From contig DDUV01000057.1 of the NCBI GenBank assembly GCA_002344975.1, positions 1 through 64,000 of the forward strand: a DNA stretch of 64,000 bases. Direction: 5' to 3'. Shown in pieces: positions 31,523-40,679 of this stretch. A program made the position numbers and the translations under genes. Under the pieces are notes generated by a model. It ran no database searches. It had not been told where the DNA came from and was given only the letters and a program-made list of their open reading frames with translations. How positions within the stretch are numbered: the stretch's first letter is position 1; each line of letters starts with the position of its first letter. This stretch comes from Saprospiraceae bacterium UBA2329 (GTDB lineage: Bacteria > Bacteroidota > Bacteroidia > Chitinophagales > Saprospiraceae).

Positions 31523-32203
31523 TTATTCCCTGTCAAGTAAGCCAAAGGCAAAAAACGTCAGCATGTTTTTCACCTCCGTCAGATCGTCTGCGGGCGTGCG
31601 CACTTCCGTGAGCGAGGGCAGGTGCTGTGCTGCATAAATGTGAAAATTGGCCATTTCCAGCAAGGTGCTGGCCAATGCTTTCGGGTACTCAAAGGCGGGG
31701 TTGACTTCCCCTATAATGGCTGCCAGGTCGGCGGCCAATGCTTTATACACGGCAAAGAATCCCTTTTTGTTCTCCTCGTCCACCGCTTTGGTGTGGTAGG
31801 TTTTGGGGCCTTCCGTCAGTACAATTCTGAATAAGATATGCTCATTGATATACTCCACAGCCGGATCGGCTTTGCTGCTGTCCACAATGGCCGACAGGGC
31901 GAGGCGCAGTTTTTGTTCGGGGGTTTCGATGTTGGTGGTGGCCAGCGTGATCTGATACCGCACGCGTTCCCAGTACCAGCATAGCAAATACACCAAAAAT
32001 TTGTGCTTGTTTTCAAAATAGCGATAAATGGAAGCCTCGGTGGATTCGATTCGGTGTGCTAATTTTTTGAAGGTAAATTCCTCCAACCCCAATTCCTCTA
32101 TCAGGCAAATACCGTGTTGCAGGATGTTGCGCCCCAGCTTGCTGTCCTGCGGGTCCCGTAGATACAATTGCTCGTTGACCTGAATTTGAATTTTAAAGCC
32201 CAT
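31523..32203 (-). CDS. TetR/AcrR family transcriptional regulator
   Basis: N-terminal HTH (RNILQHGICLIEELGLEEFTFKKLAHRIESTEASIYRYFENKHKFL). Confidence 0.8.
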   Translation of the reverse strand: MGFKIQIQVNEQLYLRDPQDSKLGRNILQHGICLIEELGLEEFTFKKLAHRIESTEASIYRYFENKHKFLVYLLCWYWERVRYQITLATTNIETPEQKLRLALSAIVDSSKADPAVEYINEHILFRIVLTEGPKTYHTKAVDEENKKGFFAVYKALAADLAAIIGEVNPAFEYPKALASTLLEMANFHIYAAQHLPSLTEVRTPADDLTEVKNMLTFFAFGLLDRE

Positions 32204-32274
32204 TTTTCGCCAATTTTAAAAAGCAAATGTAGCCACTTTACCTTTCGGTAGCATTACTTTAGCAAATACTTTTT

Positions 32275-32357
32275 CCACTCACCCTTCATCCCTCACCCAC
32301 TCACCCATTCACCCATTCACCCACTACCCACTCACCCACTCACCCACTCACCCATTC
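32275..32357 (-). repeat. GGGTGAGT-type tandem repeat (about 10 units incl. GGGTGAAT variants), locus B, oriented with minus-strand gene
   Basis: Plus strand reads CACTCACCC…; the reverse complement is GAATGGGTGAGTGGGTGAGTGGGTGAGTGGGTAGTGGGTGAATGGGTGAATGGGTGAGTGGGTGAGGGATGAAGGGTGAGTG. It supplies the TGA stop of CDS 32348-33448. Confidence 0.9.
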
Positions 32358-33448
32358 CTCTTACCCGCTTCAATACCATGCTTGGCCGGGTCTTTCAGCC
32401 TGTCCCGAAGGGTAGAAAGCGCCACCACATCGGCTTGAGTCAGTACCTTGAATTTTGCATTCAGGATAGCGTCCAGTTCCGCGCCGGCCTCGGCTGCTGT
32501 ATGCCAGAAGCTCGTTTCGGCCTGAGTCAGATCAGATACGATGCGGGTTTTCATGGTTTGGAGCGGCTGTTCAAAGAGTGCGTCAGGACTGCTTTGCGCA
32601 TTGATTTTGCTCAGCAAATCTTTACAAACGCCGCTGCCGAGCATACAATGCCCGCCGTAATCCCAAGTCTGAATCTGCCAGGCCGGGAAGAAATACTCGA
32701 TGCTGTCGTCGGGGAAGGCGGCAATTTGGAGGTCCATAAAAATGTCATCCTGTACGCCTTTGGTTTTTTTGGAAAGAGCCAGCCACTGCCGATAATCCAA
32801 AAAGAGGTAGTACGCGGTCCCCTCGGCCACCAATTGCGGCTGGAAGCCCGTGAACAGCTCCGCCAGCCAGAACATGTCGGGCATATCCTCGGCAGAAGTA
32901 GGCGGAATGCGCCGTTGCAGCACCTCGTTGATGGTGTCGCGCAGGGCCGTACTTTGTTCCAGCAGGCGGCTCAGGTCGGCTTCGTTGCGGGTAGCGGCCC
33001 AGTTGCGGCGGTGTTGGTTGATGCTCTCCACGAGCGGCTGTCCGAGCATGGCTGTGGCGCGTTTTTGCAGGAGGGCGCGGGTGGCGGGCGAGTTTTGGGA
33101 GGCGTCAAAAATGAGTCCTCCGCCATACACCCAGCCCGTTTGGCCGGAGGAGGTTTTCACCTTGATCCAGGGTTCGTCAAAAGTGATACCGCGCAAAGTG
33201 ACCCGCGTGGTGAAATCGCTCACTTCGCCCAGGTCTTCCAGTTTGGCGCCTTTGGGCAGGGTGGCCACGATGACGCCTTTTTCGCCGGGCGTTTCGCGCA
33301 TGCGGAGGTCGGACACGGCCGTTTCAAACTGCACCGGCCCTTTGTCGGTCATGGTTTCGGTAGAGGCGGCCTGTTCTGCGCCGGCATTTTTGGGGCGACA
33401 GCCGAACAGCAGGGCGGCAGGTATCAGCAATAGAAGTAAGGTACGCAT
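32348..33448 (-). CDS. Hypothetical lipoprotein with SH3b-like domain
   Basis: MRTLLLLLIPAALLFGC lipobox; an SH3-like stretch (MRETPGEKGVIVATLPKGAKLEDLGEV). Confidence 0.5.
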   Translation of the reverse strand: MRTLLLLLIPAALLFGCRPKNAGAEQAASTETMTDKGPVQFETAVSDLRMRETPGEKGVIVATLPKGAKLEDLGEVSDFTTRVTLRGITFDEPWIKVKTSSGQTGWVYGGGLIFDASQNSPATRALLQKRATAMLGQPLVESINQHRRNWAATRNEADLSRLLEQSTALRDTINEVLQRRIPPTSAEDMPDMFWLAELFTGFQPQLVAEGTAYYLFLDYRQWLALSKKTKGVQDDIFMDLQIAAFPDDSIEYFFPAWQIQTWDYGGHCMLGSGVCKDLLSKINAQSSPDALFEQPLQTMKTRIVSDLTQAETSFWHTAAEAGAELDAILNAKFKVLTQADVVALSTLRDRLKDPAKHGIEAGKRNG

Positions 33449-33610
33449 GATGTGATTGTTTATTGAAATTGGTTGGAATGTTCCGGGCGACAGGCAAAGC
33501 GGAATAGTAAGAAGTCAAAAAAGTATTCGATACTTTCCTGAACACTCTAAGTTAGTAATCAGCACCGCGCCACACGCGCGGCAAGCATCAGCAATCAGCA
33601 CATCTACACA

Positions 33611-34129
33611 TTAGAAATCCTTTTTGCCCATCAGTATTTTGAAATCAATTTTGCCCTGCATCAGCTTCAGGTGCTCCACTACGGCTACGGCCCGGATAAG
33701 GCGGGTTTCGGCAGTTTTCGGCGAGCCGACGTAATAGAGCATAGTGCGCAACTTGCCGGGCGTGAGGGCGTGCAGACAGCGATGGCCCTCCTCGTCTTGT
33801 CGCAGCAATTCCTCCAACTCTTCGGGCATGGGCAGGCCGTATTCGCTGTCGTCTTTCCACAGGGTGACCTCTAACGGTGAGCCGATTTTGATGCGGAGCT
33901 GATCGCGCAGTTTTTTGTTCACATTGATAAAAAACGCCCCCTCGCCTTTGGGCATCAGCGCGCACTGAAAAGGCTTGCTGCCGTTGAGGATGCACACCAC
34001 GCGGCGCTTGTTGCCCTCCACAAAGACCTGCCCGATGGCGGCCGGCACTACAAAGTGATGCCCCCACAACGCCGAGTCGAAGTCCTCGAGCAGGGAAGTG
34101 AATTGAACGGCAGATTCGGGTGCTTGCAT
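33611..34129 (-). CDS. YdeI/OmpD-associated family protein (DUF1905 + DUF1801-like)
   Basis: …HHFVVPAAIGQ…CILNGSKPFQCALMPKGEGAFFINVNKKLR…; 172 aa. Confidence 0.5.
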   Translation of the reverse strand: MQAPESAVQFTSLLEDFDSALWGHHFVVPAAIGQVFVEGNKRRVVCILNGSKPFQCALMPKGEGAFFINVNKKLRDQLRIKIGSPLEVTLWKDDSEYGLPMPEELEELLRQDEEGHRCLHALTPGKLRTMLYYVGSPKTAETRLIRAVAVVEHLKLMQGKIDFKILMGKKDF

Positions 34130-34276
34130 GTGGTTGAGAACAAGTTGAACTTCAAAGTTCGGATTCTTTGTGGTATCTTTGTTCCTAATAATGAAAAAAA
34201 CTCAATTTGTTTTATGAAAACATACCCAAAGACGGTTGCGGAATTTTTTTCTCAAACGCATATCTAATTATCTGCT

Positions 34277-35017
34277 ATGCATAAGACCCGCAATAGTGCG
34301 ATCCTGATAGGATTATTTTTATCAAGGTTTGATGAAGATGGCCTTAACGCACTTGGCTTTAGCGGATTTTGGGAAGCATTCAATACGTTAGGATATGCCA
34401 TAGGAGTGAAGCCTTCCTCTATAAAAAATTACAGAGACGAGTTTGATCCGTATTATCCAAATACAAGAAAAGGCTGGCACAAAAGAAGCCTTAGAGACTA
34501 TTGCAAGGTCGTCATGGAGGAATATGCGAGTTATGATTTACACTCATTTACTGAGATTATCAAGGAGTTATTGATTAATAACTATGAAGTTGAACGAATA
34601 GAGGAAATGATTATTGATAAGAAAAGTACAAGCTCAATTGCGCAAAGACTTATAACAGGCCAATCCGCGGAAGCCTATTTCAAGGAGAATTACTTGACAG
34701 TGCCACAGTTCCAGAATTACGCCTTTAAAGACACTACTTTGCTGGGATGTGGCTTCGATTTCCTCCTTACACGTCAAACTGATTTTTTTTGTATTGAAGT
34801 GAAAGGGCTTCACAGCAAATCAGGTACGATATCGCTGACGGAGAAGGAGTATCAAATGGCTGAAAAGCTGAGCGAGCATTTTTGCTTGTATGTTGTGTCT
34901 AATTTTTGCGAGCAACCTATTGCCAATGTAATAATCAATCCCTTAGAATCTGGGTTGGATTTTGTAAAAGATGAGAGGCTTATTACTGTTGTGTCATTTC
35001 AAACCTACATAAGATGA
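34277..35017 (+). CDS. Predicted PD-(D/E)xK nuclease, DUF3883 (NO VEIN C-terminal)-like, gene 1 of low-GC island
   Basis: C-terminal half …GCGFDFLLTRQTDFFCIEVKGLHSKSGTISLTEKEYQMAEKLSEHFCLYVVSN… gives D…(E)VK plus the downstream 'LT.NE…A' pattern, characteristic of DUF3883 restriction-endonuclease-like folds. AT-rich codon usage unlike the flanking DNA. Confidence 0.5.
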   Translation: MHKTRNSAILIGLFLSRFDEDGLNALGFSGFWEAFNTLGYAIGVKPSSIKNYRDEFDPYYPNTRKGWHKRSLRDYCKVVMEEYASYDLHSFTEIIKELLINNYEVERIEEMIIDKKSTSSIAQRLITGQSAEAYFKENYLTVPQFQNYAFKDTTLLGCGFDFLLTRQTDFFCIEVKGLHSKSGTISLTEKEYQMAEKLSEHFCLYVVSNFCEQPIANVIINPLESGLDFVKDERLITVVSFQTYIR

Positions 35018-35775
35018 ATGTAGATAATCAGTCCAACTATACATTGGCCTTTGAGGATGGCTGGGATGCGCTTCAGCCTCAAATCGTCAATGATCAGGAT
35101 TTTTTAAAAGCTGTTTTATTGATGCTTGATTTGATGAAACAAGATAAAAATATTGACCCCAGCAGATATTGTGATGAAAACGGCAATTTGAAAAGTTACG
35201 TCGAACTGTGTAAGTATAAAAAACTTCAGTTGGTCTATAATCCTGAATATCCAACATGGAAGATCATTCATACGCTACTCTCCCAAGCAATAAATGAAGG
35301 TAAAGCAGGGGCCGTTGCATATCATTTGGTTGGAGCAACTTTGCAATTGAGATTCCCGGACATTGAAATCTCAAATGAATCAGCGAATACCGCAGATCAG
35401 CCAACAGGAAGATCGGGCGATTTCACTATTGGCGACACTGTTTTTCATGTCACGGTTCATCCAATGACCTCTGTTTTTGATAAGTGCAGGGAGAATATCA
35501 AGGATGGGCTTAAAGCATTTTTGCTGGTTCCAGATTCCAGTTTGACGGGTTCTCGGATGTGGGCATTAAAAGATGGCGTGGAGCTTTTTGCGGTAGAATC
35601 TTTAGAGTCGTTCATTTCTCAAAACATTGAGGAAATTAGTGCATTTGATCCTAAATACCGGAAAAACAGCCTTTTCAACTTGATCTATTTGTACAATCAA
35701 AGGGTTGACCAAGCTGAAACAGATAAGTCGCTCATGATCGAATTACCCTCCAATTTGAAGGTGTCAAATGGCTGA
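35014..35775 (+). CDS. Hypothetical protein, gene 2 of low-GC island (no recognisable family)
   Basis: 253-aa ORF. Its start overlaps gene 1 by 4 nt (ATGA) and its end overlaps gene 3 by 8 nt, indicating translational coupling. No motif I can assign. Confidence 0.5.
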   Translation: MNVDNQSNYTLAFEDGWDALQPQIVNDQDFLKAVLLMLDLMKQDKNIDPSRYCDENGNLKSYVELCKYKKLQLVYNPEYPTWKIIHTLLSQAINEGKAGAVAYHLVGATLQLRFPDIEISNESANTADQPTGRSGDFTIGDTVFHVTVHPMTSVFDKCRENIKDGLKAFLLVPDSSLTGSRMWALKDGVELFAVESLESFISQNIEEISAFDPKYRKNSLFNLIYLYNQRVDQAETDKSLMIELPSNLKVSNG

Positions 35776-36175
35776 TGTTTTCACTCCCGAAAAACGTAGC
35801 GAGGTTATGCGAAGAGTAAAGTCTTCCCGCAACGCATCCACGGAACTGAAACTGATACAGTTTTTCAAAAATCATAAAATTAAAGGATGGAGGAGAAGTT
35901 ATCCTCTCGTTGGGAAGCCTGATTTTGTCTTTCCTAAACAAAGAATTGTCATATTCGCAGATGGTTGCTTTTGGCATGGCCACGATTGCCGAAATACTAA
36001 ACCCGCTCAGAATCGCACATATTGGGAATCCAAGCGAGACAGGAACATTGCCAGAGATATCTTGGTAACCAATGCTTTACAAAAAAAAGGATGGACTGTA
36101 ATTCGTATATGGGAATGTGAATTGAAAAAAGGTAGCTACGAATCTCGTTTGCTCAGCGCGTTACAATCGGATTAG
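35768..36175 (+). CDS. vsr: Very-short-patch-repair (Vsr) DNA mismatch endonuclease
   Basis: MADVFTPEKRSEVMRRVKSSRN…GKPDFVFPKQRIVIFADGCFWHGHDC…TVIRIWECELKK reproduces the hallmark Vsr motifs of E. coli Vsr (MADV…, GRPDFV, HGCFWHHH, W..K…N..RD, WRVLIVWEC). Confidence 0.9.
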   Translation: MADVFTPEKRSEVMRRVKSSRNASTELKLIQFFKNHKIKGWRRSYPLVGKPDFVFPKQRIVIFADGCFWHGHDCRNTKPAQNRTYWESKRDRNIARDILVTNALQKKGWTVIRIWECELKKGSYESRLLSALQSD

Positions 36176-36219
36176 AATTGATTTGATCTCCCCCAAAACA
36201 TCGTACCTTTGCCATCCTT

Positions 36220-37623
36220 ATGGCAAAAAAAACTTTCATAGCGGAGCAGGTGCGCATCACCGGCATAGCAGAAAAAGGGCGGGGCGTAGGCCGAGACGCT
36301 GAGGGACGCGTATTTTTTGTACCCGATACCGTGCCCGGCGATGTAGTGAATGTGCTGACCCTGCGCAAGAAAAAGGGATTTTTTGAAGGCGTGGTGCATG
36401 CCGTGCTGGAAAGCTCGCCGGAGCGTGTGCAGCCCTTTTGCCGGCATTTCGACCTCTGCGGCGGATGCAGTTGGCAGCACTTAGACTATGCCGCCCAATT
36501 GCACCACAAACAACTGATGGTAGAAAACGCCCTGTTGCGCATCGGTAAATTGGAAGTAGAAGATTTTCAGCCCATCACAGGCGCTGATCCCAATGTATAT
36601 TACCGAAATAAATTAGAGTTTTCCTTCTCCAACCGCCGCTGGCTCACCAAAGAGGAAGTTGACTCTGAGGTGACCAACCTGGAGGATGTACTGGGATTTC
36701 ACAAATCGGGAGCCTTCGACAAAGCCATTGATATTGAACACTGCTGGCTGCAACCCGATCCTTCCAACGCCATCCGTCTGGCCGCCAAACGTATCGCTGT
36801 AGCGCAGGGTCTTGCCTTCTGGGATGCCCGCGACAACAAGGGTTTTGTGCGCAATCTCATGCTGCGCGTGGCCACTACTGGGCAGGTCATGGCGCTGATG
36901 AGTTTTTCCGAAAATCGCAAAAAAGCCATCTCCGCTTTTTTGGATGCATTGCAGGAGGCCTGCCCGCAGATCACCTCGCTGTACTATTGCATCAATCACA
37001 AGGTCAATGATTTTATGTTCGACCTCGACATGATCCTGTATCGCGGCGAGCCTGCTATCGAGGAGCAGTTGGGCCATGTACGGTGCCGCATCGGGCCGAA
37101 ATCTTTTTTCCAGACCAACACCAGGCAGGCTAAGGTACTGTTCGATACGGCTGCCGAGTTTGCCGGGCTGCAAGGCCACGAAAACGTGTATGATCTCTAT
37201 ACCGGAATCGGCAGTATAGCGTTGTATCTGGCGGGGCGTTGCCGACAGGTGACGGGCATTGAGGAAATAGCCGCCGCCATTGACGATGCGCGCGACAACG
37301 CGGCCCTCAACGGCATTGATAATTGCACTTTTTACGCCGGAGACGTGAAGGACATGCTCACGCCGGAGTTTGCTGAAAAGCATGGCAAACCCGATGTGCT
37401 CATCACCGATCCGCCGCGGGCGGGCATGCACCCCAAAGTGGTGGACATCCTGCTGGAATTGGCCGCGCCGCGCATCGTGTATGTGAGTTGCAATGCCGCC
37501 ACCCAGGCCCGCGATCTGCAATTGCTCTCGGCAAAATACCGCGTGCTCAAAGTTCGCCCGGTGGACATGTTTCCGCATACGCACCATGTGGAGAGCGTGG
37601 CACTGCTGGAGCTTCAGGGGTGA
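36220..37623 (+). CDS. rlmD: 23S rRNA (uracil-C5)-methyltransferase RlmD/RumA family (TRAM + [4Fe-4S] + class I MTase)
   Basis: TRAM-like N-terminus, the Cys cluster CRHFDLCGGCSWQHLDY, and a C-terminal MTase with DPPRAGM. Stop TGA is embedded in the GGGTGAGT repeat. Confidence 0.85.
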   Translation: MAKKTFIAEQVRITGIAEKGRGVGRDAEGRVFFVPDTVPGDVVNVLTLRKKKGFFEGVVHAVLESSPERVQPFCRHFDLCGGCSWQHLDYAAQLHHKQLMVENALLRIGKLEVEDFQPITGADPNVYYRNKLEFSFSNRRWLTKEEVDSEVTNLEDVLGFHKSGAFDKAIDIEHCWLQPDPSNAIRLAAKRIAVAQGLAFWDARDNKGFVRNLMLRVATTGQVMALMSFSENRKKAISAFLDALQEACPQITSLYYCINHKVNDFMFDLDMILYRGEPAIEEQLGHVRCRIGPKSFFQTNTRQAKVLFDTAAEFAGLQGHENVYDLYTGIGSIALYLAGRCRQVTGIEEIAAAIDDARDNAALNGIDNCTFYAGDVKDMLTPEFAEKHGKPDVLITDPPRAGMHPKVVDILLELAAPRIVYVSCNAATQARDLQLLSAKYRVLKVRPVDMFPHTHHVESVALLELQG

Positions 37624-37677
37624 GTGGGTGAGGGGTGAGTGGGTGAAGGGTGAGTATGTGAGTGGTGAGCAACCCGA
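37617..37677 (+). repeat. GGGTGAGT octamer tandem repeat, locus C
   Basis: CAGGGGTGAGTGGGTGAGGGGTGAGTGGGTGAAGGGTGAGTATGTGAGTGGTGAGC immediately at the rlmD 3' end. Confidence 0.9.
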
Positions 37678-37743
37678 ATCCGCCTTCGCCAAGGCTTCGG
37701 CGGATGAAACCCGAAACTTTGAACTCGAAAACATAAAAAATAT

Positions 37744-38175
37744 ATGATAGAAAAACTTTGGCAGGCGCTTTACGATGCCGGCGGCGTTATCAAAGACCAG
37801 GCCGCCAATATGGGGCAGGGCGCCCGCGAAAAAAGTCAGGAAGTCATTGAGGAATGGTTGGCGGTATTCCCCCGCCTCGAAGCCTACGGATTTCGCGTGA
37901 CGCACTTCTCGCTGGGCGTTTCCATCAGTCCGTCATTGGAGGTGGAAATGCGCGCTGCACACGAAACCTTTCCTCCGGAGCGCATAGACCAATACATAGA
38001 AACCACGCGCAGCAGCACGGCCCTGCAATTGGTTTTTAATACCGTCAAGTCCACTTATGCCTTGTACCGCAAGGCCAAACTGCCTCTGCGCGGGGAGTTG
38101 ATTGTGCGTTTGCGCATACGAATCTCCCCCGAAATACGCGTTATCATCGGCGCGCCGGCGGGCGTGGAGGAGTAG
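37744..38175 (+). CDS. Hypothetical protein
   Basis: 143-aa ORF in a coding-dense context; no motif recognised. Confidence 0.4.
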   Translation: MIEKLWQALYDAGGVIKDQAANMGQGAREKSQEVIEEWLAVFPRLEAYGFRVTHFSLGVSISPSLEVEMRAAHETFPPERIDQYIETTRSSTALQLVFNTVKSTYALYRKAKLPLRGELIVRLRIRISPEIRVIIGAPAGVEE

Positions 38176-38191
38176 ATAAAAAATAACATCC

Positions 38192-39007
38192 ATGACCAAA
38201 CTCAATTTGCTTGTCCTGGCTTTGCTTTGCTGCGGTTTCATCACAAGCATGGCCCAAAACGACAAACACATCACGGTCAGCGAAGAACCTACCGACGATG
38301 GCGTGATCCTCTACATCGAGAACATTGGAGTGTGTCCCTACACAGTGGAGTTTGATGCCGAACTCACCAATGTTCGCGCCGATAAAGCCCTGCCGATGAG
38401 CATAGTAGTACCCGCCGGAATGCGCATGGAATTGCTGCGCTTGGAACCAAAACCCAATGCTCGCTGGGGGTATCGGTACAACTTCAACTACTACATGGGC
38501 GATGCGTTCAATGCCCGTCACGATGGGCTGTACGTATATCAGTTGCCCTATGAAAAGGGTGCTTCTTTCGTCGTGGGGCAGGGCTACAACGGCGATTTTA
38601 GCCATCGCGGCGAAAAAGCGCTTGACTTTGTGATGCCCGTTGGAACGCCTGTCCATGCGGCGCGCGAGGGTATGGTCATCAAAGTGAGATCGGATTCCAA
38701 CCGGGGCTGCGGGTCCGAATCCTGTCGCGACGACGGCAACTATCTGCTCATTCTTCACAGCGACGGCAGCATAGCCAACTACGCGCACTTCAAGCATCGC
38801 GGCGTGGCGGTGAAGGAGGGCGAGGTGGTAGCTCAGGGCCAATTGATCGGTTACAGTGGCAATACCGGCTGGAGTTCCGGGCCGCATCTGCACTTTCAGG
38901 TGTATGTGCCGGGCTTGGGCAATAAGCGCAACAGCGTGGCTACCTATTTTCGCACGGCGTCATCGGAGTCGGTGCTGCTGAGGGAAAAACAGAGTTACAA
39001 ATGGTAG
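38192..39007 (+). CDS. M23 family metallopeptidase (secreted)
   Basis: Signal peptide; HxxxD-like …GEKALDFVMPVGTPVHAAREG… and a C-terminal HLHFQV motif. Confidence 0.8.
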   Translation: MTKLNLLVLALLCCGFITSMAQNDKHITVSEEPTDDGVILYIENIGVCPYTVEFDAELTNVRADKALPMSIVVPAGMRMELLRLEPKPNARWGYRYNFNYYMGDAFNARHDGLYVYQLPYEKGASFVVGQGYNGDFSHRGEKALDFVMPVGTPVHAAREGMVIKVRSDSNRGCGSESCRDDGNYLLILHSDGSIANYAHFKHRGVAVKEGEVVAQGQLIGYSGNTGWSSGPHLHFQVYVPGLGNKRNSVATYFRTASSESVLLREKQSYKW

Positions 39008-39520
39008 TCAATCGTATAGAAACGGCTCGTCGCCCTCTGCCATTCGGCGAACATTTTCAAGCACCTGATTCATATATTTTTTATAAAACACTTTTGCGAA
39101 AAGCCATTGAAGGGGTATAAAAACAAAGCCTTTAGCGTGAATGGTGTAATCGTAATTGATTTGTATTTTATTGGGCGAAAGCTCCGTCGTTGTCCATTCA
39201 AAAGTGAACTGCCAAATATCCAGCATCCACGACTTGAAATTGCCCACTTCTGCTTTCCAATATTTGTTTTCAATGCGCTCAATAATCTTGTCGGTTGATA
39301 CCTCGCCGCCTTTAAAAGTTAATGATTTGTCGGCATAAACATTTTTTATAGAACCGACTTTGCCCCAACCCTCATCATTGGTTGTTTTGGTGACTTTCGG
39401 CATCAGTCCGAACCCTGTATGCACTTTGGTAACATCGCAAAGTATGGGCGCTTTAAAAGCTCGTTCAAGCGAGCAATGGTAAATGGCTGTGGTGTGTATT
39501 TTAAAATCCATTTTATTCAT
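39008..39520 (-). CDS. Hypothetical protein, SRPBCC (START/Bet v1)-like fold suspected; AT-richer than its neighbours
   Basis: 170-aa ORF. Its stop abuts the M23 gene stop (convergent, 0-bp gap). Alternating beta/alpha pattern; no catalytic motif. Confidence 0.4.
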   Translation of the reverse strand: MNKMDFKIHTTAIYHCSLERAFKAPILCDVTKVHTGFGLMPKVTKTTNDEGWGKVGSIKNVYADKSLTFKGGEVSTDKIIERIENKYWKAEVGNFKSWMLDIWQFTFEWTTTELSPNKIQINYDYTIHAKGFVFIPLQWLFAKVFYKKYMNQVLENVRRMAEGDEPFLYD

Positions 39521-39617
39521 TTTTTGAGTTTTCAGTGTCAGTAAAGTGTATGCGTAGTGAAGGGGTGACTACGGGCTGTGATCTTGGCAGAGTCACCCTT
39601 TCACTAAGCTGCCCGCC

Positions 39618-40679
39618 CTATTTTTTCAATTGCCGCCCCAAGGCCCTGAACGCGGCTATCATCTCTTTAGCCGGCAGGTAAGGCACTCCCCGGCGGTGCA
39701 GCGCAGTGCCCATTCTATAAACGATGTCCCAGTGGCGTATGATTTCGCGCAGGGCGTAGCCGTAGGTATTGGCCTGTTCGTCGTAGATGTGCGTGGGTTC
39801 CGAGCAGGTGCCGTTGATTTCCAGAATAATGAAATTTTCGCCCCGGCGCAGCTCCTCAAAACTGTCGCATTTGATGTCGAAGCGCCCGTAGTGGAAACCC
39901 TCAATGCGGCGGCTGATGCGGTCGAAACTCTCGCGCAAAGTATCGTCAATGTGCGCGGCAGCATTGATGAAACGTGTGCCTTTGGAGTGATTGCCGATTT
40001 CGCCGAGCGGCACGATTTCGCCTGCCGGGGGAATGATTTCCATTTTTTCGGCGTGCGATTTCGAGAGGCGTTCCCATTGCAGCAAAGCCCTCGGATGCGC
40101 CGCTATCAATTGCCGAAGCGTATCTTGCCCGTTGCCGACAACGTGCAGGAACTCCTTGAATGTGAGGGAAGTAATGTGCCCCTGCTCTTCGTCGGGGAAG
40201 CGGTGATAGAACACGCCGAATTCATTTTTTTTGGAAATAAATTCCTGCAATACAAAAGGAACCGGGTGCTTTTCCAGCAGCGTTTGCAAAGCTGCCAGGT
40301 CATAAATTTTGGAAACTAAAAACCCCCGCAATCCCATATCCGGCTTGGCAATGAGCGGAAACCCGATGCCGGCCTGTTCCAGCCGCAAAGACAAAGACTC
40401 AGTAGATTCGCCGGGCAGGGCTAAGATCGTTTTGGGCCGCCATTCCGCAGGTATTTTCATCAGGGTTTCGTATTTCGATTCCATGCCCATGCCGCCGGTG
40501 TAAATGCCGGGATTGGCCGCCGTGAAAAAGCAGAGATGCCGGGCCTTGAGCGCCAGCCAGGGGTAATACGCCAACATGGGAAAATAGTACGCCCAAGAGG
40601 GCCAGTACTCCCAGTGTTTCCAACGGATCATGCGGCCGCGTTGCCGGAAATGCGCATCTGTAGGCATCACTTGGTACAC
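39618..40679 (-). CDS. ATP-grasp-like domain protein (hypothetical ligase)
   Basis: …FPLIAKPDMGLRGFLVSKIYD…VLQEFISKKNEFGVFYHRF… resembles the ATP-grasp central and C-domains. Overlaps the upstream MTase gene by 13 nt (operon with trmB). Confidence 0.4.
   Translation of the reverse strand: MYQVMPTDAHFRQRGRMIRWKHWEYWPSWAYYFPMLAYYPWLALKARHLCFFTAANPGIYTGGMGMESKYETLMKIPAEWRPKTILALPGESTESLSLRLEQAGIGFPLIAKPDMGLRGFLVSKIYDLAALQTLLEKHPVPFVLQEFISKKNEFGVFYHRFPDEEQGHITSLTFKEFLHVVGNGQDTLRQLIAAHPRALLQWERLSKSHAEKMEIIPPAGEIVPLGEIGNHSKGTRFINAAAHIDDTLRESFDRISRRIEGFHYGRFDIKCDSFEELRRGENFIILEINGTCSEPTHIYDEQANTYGYALREIIRHWDIVYRMGTALHRRGVPYLPAKEMIAAFRALGRQLKK

Noticed and set aside
35768-36175. Considered whether vsr here is simply the tail of a standard dcm-vsr pair
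   Set aside because: The two upstream co-transcribed genes are 246 and 253 aa and lack all ten C5-MTase motifs (no PCQ, no ENV). No MTase exists in the surrounding 60 kb.
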